DNA of 64,000 nucleotides from Klebsormidium nitens (Eukaryota; Plantae; Klebsormidiophyceae), in NCBI GenBank assembly GCA_000708835.1, contig DF236980.1, positions 98,890-162,889 on the forward strand, given 5' to 3'. A model generated the notes under the pieces. It worked only from the letters and a program-made list of their open reading frames with translations. It had not been told where the DNA came from and did not search any database. Shown here piece by piece: positions 14,070-31,932 of this stretch (position 1 is its first letter; each line of letters starts with the position of its first letter). A program made the position numbers and the translations under genes.

Positions 14070-14664
14070 CATGACTTTTGAGGTCCAATTGCATATATAT
14101 CGTTCAAGCCCAATAAAGCCCAAGCATGCGCGTCGGGCCAGTTTGCAGCCAGCATCTGCAACCTACTAGATATACATACTTCCGCACTCGGCGTGCGCGC
14201 TGTTTCCCTGTTCCCCTTGGTTGGCCACATGCCCGGCCGAAAGTACGCGGAATCGAGCTAGCGACCAATGTTTGTTGGGCCGCCCCATGGGATCTGATCG
14301 AGTCCCATGTGACGACGAATCGCGACCCCCTCATGCAACGAACATATGGCAGATGCAGTCATGGCCGCGAACGGCCGGCCGGTGAGACACCAGAACTTTG
14401 ACAATAACGCGATCCAAACCATTGGATTTGTTGATCGGATAACTGCCGTTTAAAAGGCGCGCGCCAAAACGACCTCCGGCCGGCCATTGTGACTCGCCGG
14501 GCCATGTACAGATTTGCCGCGCAGTCCGCTTGATTGCGAAGCCACATGAGATCGACCATGCAACACTCACATTCACATGTCATTGCATGGATCCGCGGGA
14601 TCATCAAGTCCTCTTCTTCTATACTAGAAAGAAGAATGCCATTTGCATTGACGGCATGCTCATG
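14070..14664. other. CATG-rich intergenic block
   Basis: 14 CATG counted in ~600 bp (about 2 expected at uniform composition). Confidence 0.7.
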
Positions 14665-14882
14665 CAAGGCTTAGCCTAGGTATACACGGTCATCGTGACA
14701 GCAAACGGGAAACACAGTGCCTCACGATGAAGCTCCCCTAAACGATCCGCCGGCAGAAAGCGCCTAGGCAAACCGGAATCGTGCTAAGAAGTTCGACCCA
14801 TGCAACGGCCTAGAGGAAACCGGCTCTTGGCACTACTCAATTGCAACACGAATTGCAATCCGGTATACCCAATCAAGGTTCA

Positions 14883-19619
<4,737 letters not shown>

Positions 19620-21862
19620 GCCAGACAAACCAGGCAGCGGCCACGTCCCTGACTTTATTGAATCCCTTCTCTCCAGCTTGTGTTCTACCTTTGCTGACCG
19701 CCAGCTTGCGCAATTCTGCCATTCACGGCGAGTTTGCGGCAGCCGTATGCTTAACCGGTTTTCCACCAAACCTAGTTGTGGGCTCGTAAGACCTCGGGTT
19801 TCGTAACCAAAGACACAAACCCTTCTGGCGAACTGGCTAGCAGCAAGCAGCCAAACAAAGCAGCGAACTCTCTTGCACTGGTGGCTGCTGTGCCAGATCG
19901 AGGCACATTGTCATCGAAGACTAGTTGTGAGGCGCTGGCATTGGCAAAAGTGCCAAAGCAAGGGGATCAGGAAACGCTTTCCAGGTTCATAGCAAGAGGG
20001 GATTGCCTCAGCAACAATCAGAGAGGGGCCGGACGCAAAGTAGCCTTCAGCTGCTCTCCGAGGGCGGCCTGGTATGGCAGTCGAAAAGGTCCCTGTTCTC
20101 GGCCGCCCTCTGGGCCAGTTGGCATTTGCGGAGGCAAAGAGGAACTGGCCATTCATGCTCGGGTTTGCAGTCACATTGACGGGAGTCGTACAGTTGTCCT
20201 TGGCGCTTCCAAGTGAGCTCATCTCCGTCCTTGCCGCTAGTGCATTCTGATCTGCTGTCTGCAGGTAGAAGAAGGGTTACTGGCGAGATTTCAAGGAGTA
20301 CACTTGCCGGACTAGGTTTTGCATACTTTCTGAATCTTTTGCTGAGAGGAAGGAACCCCGCCCTCCTGTTGTAAGATCCTTGGAAAAAGAAATTCGACGT
20401 ATTTTCTTGGTCTCCTGCGCGGTGGTGAGTCTCTGTTGTGGTTTTGAAGAACACATAACTGGTGAGACTTGTTCTGCATGTCTGCAAAAGGCTGCAGATT
20501 ACGTCAAGCTGAAGCCTTATGTTATGGCCTCTTCTCTGAAGATAGCATCCCTTAAGTCGGAGCCACTAAGAGGAGAAAAGCAATCAACCCTCTGAGTGAA
20601 GGGCCTCCAATCTTGGACCTGAAACCCTAATTCAATCCTACAACTGCATGAATCAAGTTGCATGCAATTGCAATCACCAAAGTCTCTGCTGTAATCTCCT
20701 GCGGTTTTCCCTTTAAATGTAGCTTTTGTGGTGTGTCTTCAGAGACAAAGAGCGCGCTTTGTATTGTCTCAAAGTGTCATTCTGCTTGAGGTTCAAGTGG
20801 TGTTGCTACGCTTATGATCATTGACACTCGCTGCACCACTTCCTTATGGCCACCATAGCACCTCCGTAAAATGTGGCCGGCTCAAATATCTTCGTCCTGC
20901 TGGTTGACAAAATCTAACTTCCGTTTCTTCCATGCTGAGAAAGAGCATTTGGATAGCCTTTGATGTGGCAAATTCCCCTTGTCTGCTGAACTCAACCATA
21001 TGGAGCTGTTTCTTGGGCCACTTTCTTCTGGAAGAGAAGCACAATTTGTCGAGAAGGTCCTATTGCAAGAGCTCCTATCGCGAAGCTCAGAGCTCCTGAG
21101 CATGACTCTCAGGCTTTTGAGATTTGAGTTCAGTACTTTTCAAGATGGGGCTTTCCGCATTTGAATTTACGTTGGCATGGGGTTCGTAACCAAAGGTTGT
21201 GGAAGGAACCAAGTTGAGGACGTTTCTGATCACTGCAGAGCTTTTCCGATTTGAACAGAGCGGCGTCCTGACATCTCCCTGATGCTTTCTTTCTGCAGAG
21301 GATGCTGCCCAGAAGAGTCCGTTTGTCAACCCAAATGCACACCGATGAGTAACCAAGTTGCTGTTCAAGGAGCGGCTAGATTATTTGACGGAGCTGTGTA
21401 AGTTTTTGAGCACCAGCAGAATGGAACGGTCAAATTTGACAGTCCCCACTTTGCCTGGACTGACCTGCTTCATATCCATTTTGAGCAAGCTAAGGCTTCC
21501 GTGGCCCTAGTGTGTCCCTAGTATGGACACTCCTGCTTGATTCAAAAAGAACGTTTGAAACAAGCAACGACCTAAGAATCATCATGAACGTTAACTGGTT
21601 CTTCGTAAGTCAATACCAAGATTGAAGTTTGTTGTCAGTGTTCCTTCTGATGCACATGAGCTCTGAACACATTGCGTTTTTGGCCAATGGTAATTAGTCA
21701 CTCGGTGCAGTATTTCGAGCTCATCTGCAATGACACGCCTCAGCTGATCCCGGCTATCAATAAGGCAGCAAACAGCACCTACCTCACCTTTCATGCACAT
21801 TGTCTGATATTTCTAGACGGTGGCGGCCGCGAGCTACGTCGGTTCATTGTTGCCGCCGGTAG

Positions 21863-22346
21863 CATGGACATCATCAAATCACTGTGCGTGACATGGTGCA
21901 TCGTAAGAGAAACGAGTGATAATGATCAGTGAATTCATGGCGACTGACTCACTCATCACCGAGCACACTATATACAAGCGCGTATATGCTGAGTCCATGC
22001 ATGCTCGACATCCATTGCATGTGGCGCGGCAATCGAGAGAATCGACTCAGAATGCAGTTGAATGTTACACAAAGAACTTACTGAAAGAGCAAATATTTCT
22101 GAGCGGCCCCAAGCTACTGATTCGAGGCCGGCTTGATTGCAGCTTTATAACAGACGTATCTACACTCATATTGCACACTGCTCCTCGACAGACATGTTTA
22201 CAATCATGTGCTTAATCAATTTCGGGCATACGAACTTCAAAGGGACCAGTTATGCTTATCCGCCAGCCGGGCCCTAAAAGCATGACTGGAATCCGACAAC
22301 ATCAGCGCATTCATGTACGCGACGATTGATCGGTGAGTAACACATG
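21863..22346. other. CATG-rich intergenic block
   Basis: 11 CATG counted in ~480 bp. Confidence 0.6.
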
Positions 22347-23100
22347 CACTTCAATCGTGCTCGTCCAACATTTATCTATCTACTCCGAGCACTACGATCC
22401 TCAACAACTAGCTGTCCAATATACCTCACCCGGCGCATTTGCAACCGTCCTTCTCAACCTCTAAAAGGTTAAAAGCTATTCGACCAGAGTTCACCGCACA
22501 GACGACTATCTCCAGACTCGTTTCCATCAACTCAACTCTAGCTACCTACTTGATACACAGGGGGCTAACCTACCAAGATCAGCAATCTAATCGTACAGGG
22601 CTGCTTTGCATTGCTACACACGAGTGCCAGAATGTCTGGAGCTGCCAAGCGATCCCTCAGGCAGGATGTCGTCTGTGTAGAGTACACTGTTCACCTGAAG
22701 GGATTCGCGCCCGGCTTGCCTTTGACCCAACCTAGTCAGTCCGTCCGCTCTGAAGCTCTCAACAACTTTCTATGTAAAAACACTCCCCGGGCGCCCTTAT
22801 TTGACCTGTTCCCGTCGAATGCCGTTTCGGGGGGAGCAATTTCTATGACAATCCCGACCCCCCTCCTTTTCCCCCGGGGCCTGGTTTGACTATTCCCCTC
22901 ACAAGATCGTCTCAGCGGGCGCAGCCAAAACCTCCTGAGACTGACAAACAATCTATAAGTTATGCGGGCGCCAAGCGGGGCCCAGAATTATTTCACAGTG
23001 AATGCGGCGGGGGGGCTCCTGCTGGGCGTTCGTTGCCCCCCCGTGTCGATTACCTCGCGGCAATCTGTAAACCTGATCTCGCACTGGGCGACGTGGCCCT

Positions 23101-26100
23101 CTAATGAGAGGCCACGTGGTTCCTCTTGTGGCGTTTGACCGCTTGCACGAAGCTGGGGATGATGTCATCTTCCGAGAGTATCTCCTTCTGCAAAAGCGAC
23201 GGATCGAGAACTAATTTTAGACAACCGCAGACGTAGATGATTTTGAGTCGACTAGCTCAAATGGGACAGGTTCGAGCATAAACTCCGACACGGAAGAAAC
23301 TTCCCTCACTTGCACAAATCTGCTGCAAATGCCCGCAGCGTCGCTTTCAGACCTCGTTTTCAAACAGCAACAGCCTCCTTGCCTCCAACAAAAACAGACT
23401 GAGATCAAAGGTCTAGCAGACTGACACTGCGATCGAGAGCCAGTCGAAACGTGGGATGCGAGAAGCAGAGAAGTGTCACGTCTCGGCCCTTACCATGGAG
23501 TTGAAGTGTTTCCGTACGGCTACGTACAGGTCCTGCTTGCTGGAATTGTGGGTCACGTCCTCCTGCAAAGAGGGGAAACGAGCAGCTTTCAAAACAACGG
23601 ACGGCTGAAGCCAGGATGCGAGAGTCCTCGATCAGAAAGCTTCTTGGCACTCTCGAGCCTTTTGGAAGCGTTGTCCGACACGCAGGAGCCTGTGATTAGT
23701 GGACCCTTCACACGAGTAAGGAATCGTAAGCACTCAATCAGTCGCAGAACAAGAGATGAAAAGGGGATTCAAGTTTGTTCGAACCTCCCTTCGACTGAGC
23801 CTTTTGAGACGACTCGCACGCAATTTTGGAATTTCTACAGCAGTTCTGAAGGGCGCAAAGCAATAGCCCGCAAAATGGTGGCACCTTGTGTCAGGACTCT
23901 CCAAACAATCAGGAAAGTTTAGCACCAAATCAGAGCGTGGGGAACGCACCAGCCCGTATTTTCGCCGGTAGCGTCGCAGGCACGCCGTGTCGAGCTTCGT
24001 CAGGTCCACCTCCTGCTCGAGACGGCAAAAATGGAGACGTCAGCAATCTCGTCATGATCTCCAGCAACTTCGTCATTATCTCCAGGCTGCGCAAACGAGT
24101 ATTTTCTTCGATTCGGGGTATTCAGTCGAGCAGGCCGCCCTGGGAGGCTTTGGCCGAAAAGCAGGCTGCTTGCACTGCACGAAGATCCGTTGCTGTCGTA
24201 GCGGCCGGTTGTAGGGCAAACCAAAAACAAGCGCTGCGTACATCACCAACGCTTCGCGCAGTCACTCATCCGCAAAGGCGCGAAGAGCATGAAGTGAGAA
24301 TCACAACCGGATTCCGCCCCTGCGTAACATCCTGGACCGGAGCTTTGAAACCGGAAGCAGACTGATCGTGCTTCGTGTGGCCCCGGATCAATAGGAACCG
24401 TCCAAAAGTCGAGATACACAGAACAACCGCGGATACCCGCGACATTACCAACCTAATGTTGGTCGAACGCAACTACAGACTAAACTTGGACGACTGAGGA
24501 AACCAATTCAGAAAGCGAGGGATCCCCCTCACCGGCCGCCAGTTCTCGTCGTCCATGGCCGCGAACTTGAGAGTCTGCATGGCCTCGTAGCGGCTGAAGC
24601 CGAGGCTGAATCGGTTGGGCGTCGGCGTGAGGGCGGTGCGGAACGACTGCCCCGACTTGCGCGACTTGGGCCGGACGCTCGGCGGGCTGGGCAGGCCTGG
24701 GAAGATAAGATGAATAGTGACGTCAGCAGATTATTTAGGGATGAGGTCACCGGCGGAAGTCGGCGGCCTGGGTAAGCCTAAGGAGACTTAAAGATGGTGA
24801 CGTCAGCTGACGGGTGAGGTGTGACGTCAGTGGGAGGATGCGAGCTACGGGCCCAAGCTGAGCGGCTTGCGCAGGACGCTGCGCGGGCAGCAGGCCTACG
24901 TAAGTGGCCGGGACGACGACAGCGGAAAGTGCGGAGGGTGACGTGCATCAAGCTTGAAACGATTCCTCACACAGACGTTTCAGGGGTGCCTTGATCATAT
25001 TGACGAATCGCTATTGAATTCGCTGATTCATTTCGGAATAGACCTTTGCAACCAGACTCAGGTCAGCGCATGACAATTAGGCCATAAGATAGACCTCGTC
25101 GTCACTCTAAGCATGAAAGCTGTTAATCTTCGTCCTCATGTTGGTAAATAGATTTATCCCAAAACCTATCGTCTCGTAGTTCCGTAAGAGTCGCCCTGCA
25201 ACCGTACAGACTTTATGAAACCTATCGTCTCGTGATCCCGCGGTAAACAATTCCTGCTTTTCGCGCAACGTTCTTCAGACTCTCTGTCCTAAAAGCTCTC
25301 CAATCACAGAATCGAAAAGAGCGATCAGTTGATGTGCGCTTCGGCCTCCAACGTGGGCTATTTGGATAAGAAGTTGCTTCGAACGAGAAACAAACCGTGT
25401 CCGTAATACTAGTTGCATACAGGGGATGTTCACGCGTTCGCGCACCTGACAGCCCATCTGATCGACTCGTGGGGAGGGCCCCCTCAAACTCGGTGTCGTT
25501 GTCATCGCCAAAATCCCAGACGCCAGCTGGCGCCTCCAGGATGTGCAGGGCGTTTCGTTGAAGCTTCACTAGGTCCCCATTTTCCAGTTGCTGCAAGATA
25601 CAGATGTCACAGATGTTTAAAAGAAATAAGCGCATTCTTTTGCAAAGAGTGGAATCAGAAGGATTCCGGTTCAGTTGGGGCTGACGATCAATTCTATTTC
25701 AATCGAAGATACAAAGAGCAAGTCAAAACTGCAAAGCTTCAATATGATACCCATAGGAAAGAGCAGCGTGCAGAGTAAGGGGTCCCAAATTTTGCTGGGT
25801 TCTCGAGTTCTGCCGCCTGCCGGTATTTCTCACTGAACTACAGGATAGAGAGACTGTGGCGAAACATAACAACGTGTGACCGCGACGAAGACAACAAAGA
25901 AATGATAGAACGCAAGGAGACACTCTCGCCCTGCCAGCTGTCAAGGTGCCTTCATTGACAGCTGGCAAAATCCATTGGGCCTTTTCTTAAAACCCACTAA
26001 TTGCTACATTCTGAAAGGCAAGTTCAATGTAATTTCAAGGGCCTAGCATCCAAAAGCTGAATAAAAGGCAACCCTCTCTTTCTAGGGGGACCTTTCGAGG

Positions 26101-27263
26101 TGGCGATTGCTCAAAAGGACTTGCCACAGCAAAGTCATTGTTTACAAAACCAGCGCCTTTTAAAATACGTTCAGGGACCTTAATACTCGCAGTGTTTGTT
26201 CGTGATGGCAATTAAGGTCTACGGCCATCCAACATTTCTCAGAGAGAAGTCGGTGGTATTAAGCATCGCTTGCAACACTCATGCAGAACCTATGGATTGG
26301 TAGTACTCTGAGAAGTTGGTGGTATTAAGCATCGCTTGCAACACTCATGCGGAACCTATGGATTGGTTGTAAAGCAGAGACTGCATCTTGGTCCAACCAG
26401 AGTAGCAATTTGAAAGGGAGATCTGGCAAGTGAGAGATTACACTCCAAGTACACCTGTCAATTGAACATGAGGACAGCTGTCGTGCAGCAGAACTAAGTG
26501 CTTTTACATTCACATGACTCCTGGTTGAACCACTGATGCCAAGACATACACATTCCAACTGGCGTACCAGCTAGATTGTCACGACCTTCTATGGACAAGA
26601 CCACTTTGAAAAACTTCATGTAACAGAACTTCCCATGCACTAGTCTGATGTTGGGCTTAAAAATGAGCAACTCAATCTGATAAACACCAAACCAAGCAAC
26701 TTGCTTCAGGGCATCTGGCTGCACTATTTGCCAGACCAACAAACCCTGAGGATTTGAGCAAAGTCTAGAGGCCCTTATCAAATCGAGAGGAGCAGAGCCG
26801 GCGCAAACCAAACCACTAACCCAAGCGCAAACCAAGATCACCAGCCAAAGCTTGCCTCCAGCCCACCAACTTCCGAGCAACCATGAACCCAAACCTAATT
26901 GACTCAAAGTCCAGGACCAAACCTAAGTACTTGTTCAAGCACAAACCCAAGTACTAATCCATCCGCCAAATCAAGTGGTCTCACCAGCCAATGCCACCCT
27001 CCCAGGCCCACCGACTTCTTCACAACTCCGCGCAGCCCGACCAACACGCGCTTCGTCCTACTGTTGCCAATGATAAGCACTTTGGTGTCCTTGGGGAGAG
27101 ACGGCAGGTCATCAAAGTCGCCCACATCGCTACCGTACTCGTCGCTTGCACCGCTGGGAATGCTGATGGTCGGAGAAGTGGTCCCCACCGTTCTAGCGCT
27201 CATTGCCTTCACCTCCGGAGGCGGAACAACCTCGGCATGCGCCATTTCCAGGATCGCAATCAT
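23101..27263 (-). CDS. AFR: SAP30 function-related (AFR1/AFR2-like) Sin3-HDAC complex subunit, 6 exons, ~268 aa
   Basis: Plant AFR N-domain LPKDTKVLIIGNSRTKRVLVGLRGVVKKSVGLGGWHWL|QLENGDLVKLQRNALHILEAP and SAP30 Sin3-binding domain VDLTKLDTACLRRYRRKYGL|EDVTHNSSKQDLYVAVRKHFNSM|KEILSEDDIIPSFVQAVK. Exons 26985-27263, 25446-25590, 24533-24696, 23950-24012, 23494-23562, 23101-23187 (807 nt). Confidence 0.93.
24718..24829. promoter_or_regulatory. Cluster of three TGACGTCA palindromes (bZIP C-box/CRE-like) in AFR intron 2
   Basis: TGACGTCA at 24718, 24798 and 24822, plus TGACGTG at ~24939, in a GC-rich intron segment. Confidence 0.4.
25932..25967. repeat. Perfect 13-bp inverted repeat (10-nt loop) in AFR intron 1
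   Basis: tgccagctgtcaa-ggtgccttca-ttgacagctggca. Confidence 0.85.
26244..26367. repeat. Tandem duplication, 66-bp period, in AFR intron 1
   Basis: gagaagt(c/t)ggtggtattaagcatcgcttgcaacactcatgc(a/g)gaacctatggattggt at 26244 and 26310 (2 mismatches in 58 bp). Confidence 0.9.
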
Positions 27264-29927
27264 GATCTCAACTCGGAAAACTGCGTACCACCCGCCTGCT
27301 CCTACCGCCGGCAGGCGGCAGGGATAAGAGGAGGCCTACGCCCTCAATGGTGCCCTTTCGCACCTAGACTCAGACCCTGATCTTGCTCTCAAAGACACGG
27401 CACCGCGGTAATGTCGCTCTCCCCTTGCTCTTGCTAGGGGATCATCCTGCTCACATCACGCCTGCGCAGCCGCCAACGCAAGTCCCAGCTAGAAGCGAGC
27501 ACAGCTGACAACAAACTCAGCAGAGTGCTTGCTTCTTATTCAACGTTCTGAATGAGACACCCGCAGCTTTTAGCGCCACTAGAGGAGGCTTGAAGCTTGG
27601 ACTCTGGAGTCACAGGGGGCGCTTTATCCGTAGAACTCCCTTGGGGCTGACTACAGAGACCATCACAAGAGTCTGCATGCGAGGGCGGACACCATGAACA
27701 CCGGCGATATCTACCTTTTGAGAGTCCACCCTTTCTCTTCCATGGACAGCATTGCAGCGCCTCGAGGTTGACGGCGCTGACCGCCTTGCTCCAGTCTACA
27801 CGACAGTCGTCCGAACATCAAGGATGTCACGTCCAAGTGCCGCAGGAAGCTCTGACAGGTTTTTATCGGACGGCGCAGGTGCGTTCGAGGCGTTTGTCGG
27901 TGTACTAGTAACGCGACCTGGCTCATCTTGTCCGTCCATTGAAGATCTTCCGCAACGAAAGATCAGGAGTCAAAACGCACGCGCGACCCTTGAGAAACAA
28001 GGCTTGGTTGAACGACTCGCCACTCAGTCGGTACTCGATGGGTACAAGAGCTACGTGCTGGACCTTGGTAGAACGTACTCGGAACGTGCTCGGATCGATT
28101 CGCTGGATACGATACGGGATGTCGAATCATATTAGCTCAATCCTTGCGCCGAGCGTGGTTCGACAGTCTGATCGAGCTCAGCTGCTAGTCGGAGGAACTT
28201 CGATGCTCAGCTGCTACGTATAAATCAGCTTCAAATGCCAAGCATGTGTCAGAACTCCAGAATAGTTTGTGAATGTTCAAGCAATTGCTCTCTACTACAC
28301 TCTCTTTGATACCATCAATATGCGACCGCCAGCAGCGCGGGGCCAACGCAGCTCATGTCAACCAGTGGGCCACTCCGGCGCAGCTTCAATGCTTTAGCCA
28401 GCTTGATTGTGTCAGGATCGTCTGGTTGCATCATGTCATGTTGTTCTGAACGCGTTACCAAAAATTGCATGTTAGGCATGAAGAGATGTAGGCTTTCTCA
28501 GGCTTGTAATTCAGTGGTCCAGTGGTCATTCAAAGGATTTATAACAATCGGTGAAGCTGAAGTTAAGATTCATGCAGCATTGCTCATGGCGCAAAAGTGT
28601 TCATGCAAACTAAGATAAATATACGCATAAGTATCATATGATTGACTTGTGACGCTGAGACGATGGACTCGAGAAACCAATGGACCGGCGCCCGCCGCAT
28701 CCCTTTATCTGCATATAGGTTGCCCTTCGTCGTGTAATTGAGGAAAGCGGCAATGTCAGAATCACTGTCTCAACTTCCTTCTAAAGATGCTCTACAGCTA
28801 GCTAGCTACTTAATATACTTGTGTGGTACTACGATGGATCAATGAAGCAAGCCTCGCCGTTTCAGTGAGCTGCTTCATCGGTGGATGTCTGGCATGCTAA
28901 TCGTGTTCTCAGAATAGAGTCGCCATTTGCTTTATTCTCCTTCTGTGTTTCTTATACCCCCAACAATCAGTCCTCTGGGTCCTCCAGACATATTTGTGTT
29001 TTAACCTTCTGATATTATTGGCCCGCGTGCTTTTGCTTTATAGTAGTGTTCTTGAAACAAGCAGTTCTATTCGCGGCAGCTGCCATGTTTGATAAGCGAG
29101 ATGCTGTATCGCTCTTCTGTACACGACTCGGAAGCTAGAGGTTCAGCCAGCTTTCTATGCATACCCATGCACAAACAGCCGTTTGCGCATCATGCATAAA
29201 GTAAATCCGATGTTTTGTCAAAACGGTCCAAAGCAATTCGTCCAGGTGAGGAGGAAGCTTTCTAGCCTTAAAGAGCGCCATCGTCAATTCCGCCCAGCTT
29301 CCACCGCCGGCAGACTTTGGTGGGCTTCGGACGTGACATGCATGGACTCTGACTTTTGGACTGTAATTCGCCACGACTCATCAGCGGATCAAAGTCTCGT
29401 ATGTTGATGAACTGAGATCAAGATTTGCGGGCTTTTGACGATCGAAGGTGTCGATTTGTAAATTTGGCATCTGATCTTAGCAAGCCTACATCAATGATGA
29501 CACCCTTGAAGCAACGAAGATTCTTCAGTCCTGCAGTTACGCCTCGACAATCTAAATGCTTGTTACGAGCTTCAGCGCGTGCTGCAGCTTGCGAAGGACG
29601 AGCATTGCATTGCTTAAGCATGCAAGCTTCCATCACAAGTCGTGACCTTCACGACAAGCTCTTGAAAACAAAGGCGAGCCGAAGGATGCGAGCCATTAAG
29701 GTCGGAAGGCGCGCATGCATCACCTTGTAGTATGCGCACGGGTCTGCAACAGACGGAGGTGGATTTTACAGCAACTGAGCGCAGGACGGACTTGGAAGGG
29801 CCGCCAAGCGGTGAGCTTCTTGAGCGCCGGCCTCTGATTGCATAAACGAGGAGGTGCTAATGATTTTTGTGCAGCAGGAAGTGCCGCTCACAAATTAGCA
29901 TTCAGGATTCGTGACAGACGGCCAGAG

Positions 29928-31932
29928 ATGGAAAAAGGAAAGCTTAAGAGAGACAGGTCAAGGGTGCGGCCATTCAGGCCATCAATCCCCAATGCCAGCG
30001 CGATTTCAAAGCTGACAACACGGGAATTTGGAGAGCGCGTGACGGAAAAGGAGACCGTTAGCTTAGATCTTCTGAAGCCGCAGTCTAGCAAGTGGTTACG
30101 AGAGATCTATAACGAGCTTTCATCTCACGATGCTGAGACGCGCTTCATTGCCCTCTGGAAATTCAAGGCTGTATACAATCGCATGGTGGTAATCAAGGGA
30201 CCTGCAGCATGCGCAGAGGTCACAACCTACGTTCTGCAACAAGGGGCGATTCTTGCGGAGATTGTGAGACTCCTGAGGGCTGCGCAAACGCATGGCGACT
30301 TGTACTTCATTCCAAATCCAGGGGACTCACCTGACATGTTCAATATCTTCTCGAAGACAGAGCTGTGCTTCAGTCTTCTCCACACGCTGATGTTAGATTT
30401 CCCGCGCCGTCCGTTTTGTTCGGAAAGCAATACCGGACTTGATAGACCTCCAAGAAGCTTCGTTCTGTGCGGAAGCCCTCTATGACACTGAGTCTGGACA
30501 GGCTCTGGATGCTTCTTCGCAGCCACAGAACAAGAAGGCAGTCCTCTTGAGCATGGTAACGCTTGCTAGTTTCTCAAAGCAGGCAAGGGCGGAACTAGGA
30601 ACGAAGACAGGCTTTCTTCGGCAGGTACTGACAGAATATGCAACAGCAGATGGATTAGAGAACGTCACGGTGACGGATTGCGCGATGCTTCTCGTCCAGC
30701 ATTTGAGGAACACGTGTCCGCTTTCTGAGCTAGCTCTGGAGATCGTGCAGCTAGCCATGCGGGTTCTGGAAACGTCGACGAGAAAGGGTGTCATCGAGGT
30801 CACCATTCAAGTGCTGAAAGGGGTGATCCATGATGAGGGAGAGGCTTTAAAGGTGCAGACAAAAGATGCTTGCGACTTCTTCCCGCTTGTGGCTTTGGCC
30901 ACCTCCAGCGCAGTACCGAAAGCAATGACGGCGCAAGCTGTGGTAATTCTGTGCTTCTTCGATGAGAGTGTCAAGCGTTCAAGGGGACCCAGCATGGAAG
31001 CAATCCTGCTCGACTCTCTATATCGCCAGCAGCACGGAAGCTTGGAGCCTTTGGCGGAGAGGCGCTCGAAGATATTGAAGAGGAAAAAGCAGCTTGAAGA
31101 GATATTCCAAGCACAGGGGTCGAGCACAAACACGCAGACGTTCGTCGGGCTTGGAAGCGATCCCATCAAAGACGCAAGTTCTGAAAGAGGGGACAATTCG
31201 TTTGAGATGGAACCGGAGCACCCGTTAGATCGCCCGCCAAACCGCACGGTCGTATCTGCTGTCGAAGAGCAGGAATTGAAACCCCGCAGAAAGTGCTCTC
31301 GTGCAAACTGTCCCAGAGTGGAGTCCAGCCCGCGGGACTTCAAACTGTGCGGCGGATGCCGTCTCGCAGTGTACTGCTCACAAGGTATAAGCCGCTCCAT
31401 ATTTTCGTTTTGTGCGGAGTGTTTCAAATCCCTTTCTGCCACCCTCCGTTATCACAACGAGATAAAAGATGAATTAAGAATCGGAAGAGAAGTCGCGCAG
31501 ACAATCAATCCTTAAAAGTTATGCCAACATCGGTTCTATCGATCTTTGCTCTGTCTACCTGTGTCGACACACTTGGATATTTGCCCCACCCGCTGCACCT
31601 GCACAGCTTGAAGTCTTTTCCCCTGCGCTAATTAGTCAATCATGTTCTTATCGTCAGGAGTTGAGCAGTAAATCCCAAACCCGCCGTTTCTTCAGGCTAC
31701 CAAGAAACGATCGCATCTTTTGTCGAAAGCCGCCGCTTAAAACAAGACGACCCTCGACGTTTCGTAACGAACTTCGTTCTGCTGAAATCAACCATTAGAC
31801 GCATTCCTAATTGTCCGCACTCACAGAGCCACCAATCTTCCTTCTTCCGCAGATTGCCAGAAGACGGCTTGGAAAGAAGGACACCGGGAGCAATGCACAA
31901 AGGGTAGATCGAAGGATGAGAGAAAGTTATAA
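29928..31932 (+). pseudogene. zf-MYND domain protein, tandem copy 1; frameshifted (pseudogene, assembly error, or rescued by a new intron)
   Basis: Homologous to copy 2 along its length. One extra nucleotide at ~30398-30400 (gatttccc vs gattccc) causes a stop at 30485. The downstream frame stays open to CSRANCPRVESSPRDFKLCGGCRLAVYCSQ|gt(31385), and the last exon 31853-31932 gives DCQKTAWKEGHREQC. Confidence 0.75.

Noticed and set aside
19776-21400. Cluster of 60-146-aa ORFs upstream of NKAP
   Set aside because: No consistent frame, splice chain or recognisable domain could be built. A degenerate gene cannot be excluded.
23008-23043. G7/C7 hairpin in the AFR 3' region (SECIS-like?)
   Set aside because: No in-frame TGA in AFR and no SECIS core (AUGA/GA quartet).
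27752-28223. 127-aa and 94-aa overlapping + ORFs divergent from AFR
   Set aside because: Non-ATG start, no motif and no supporting exon chain.
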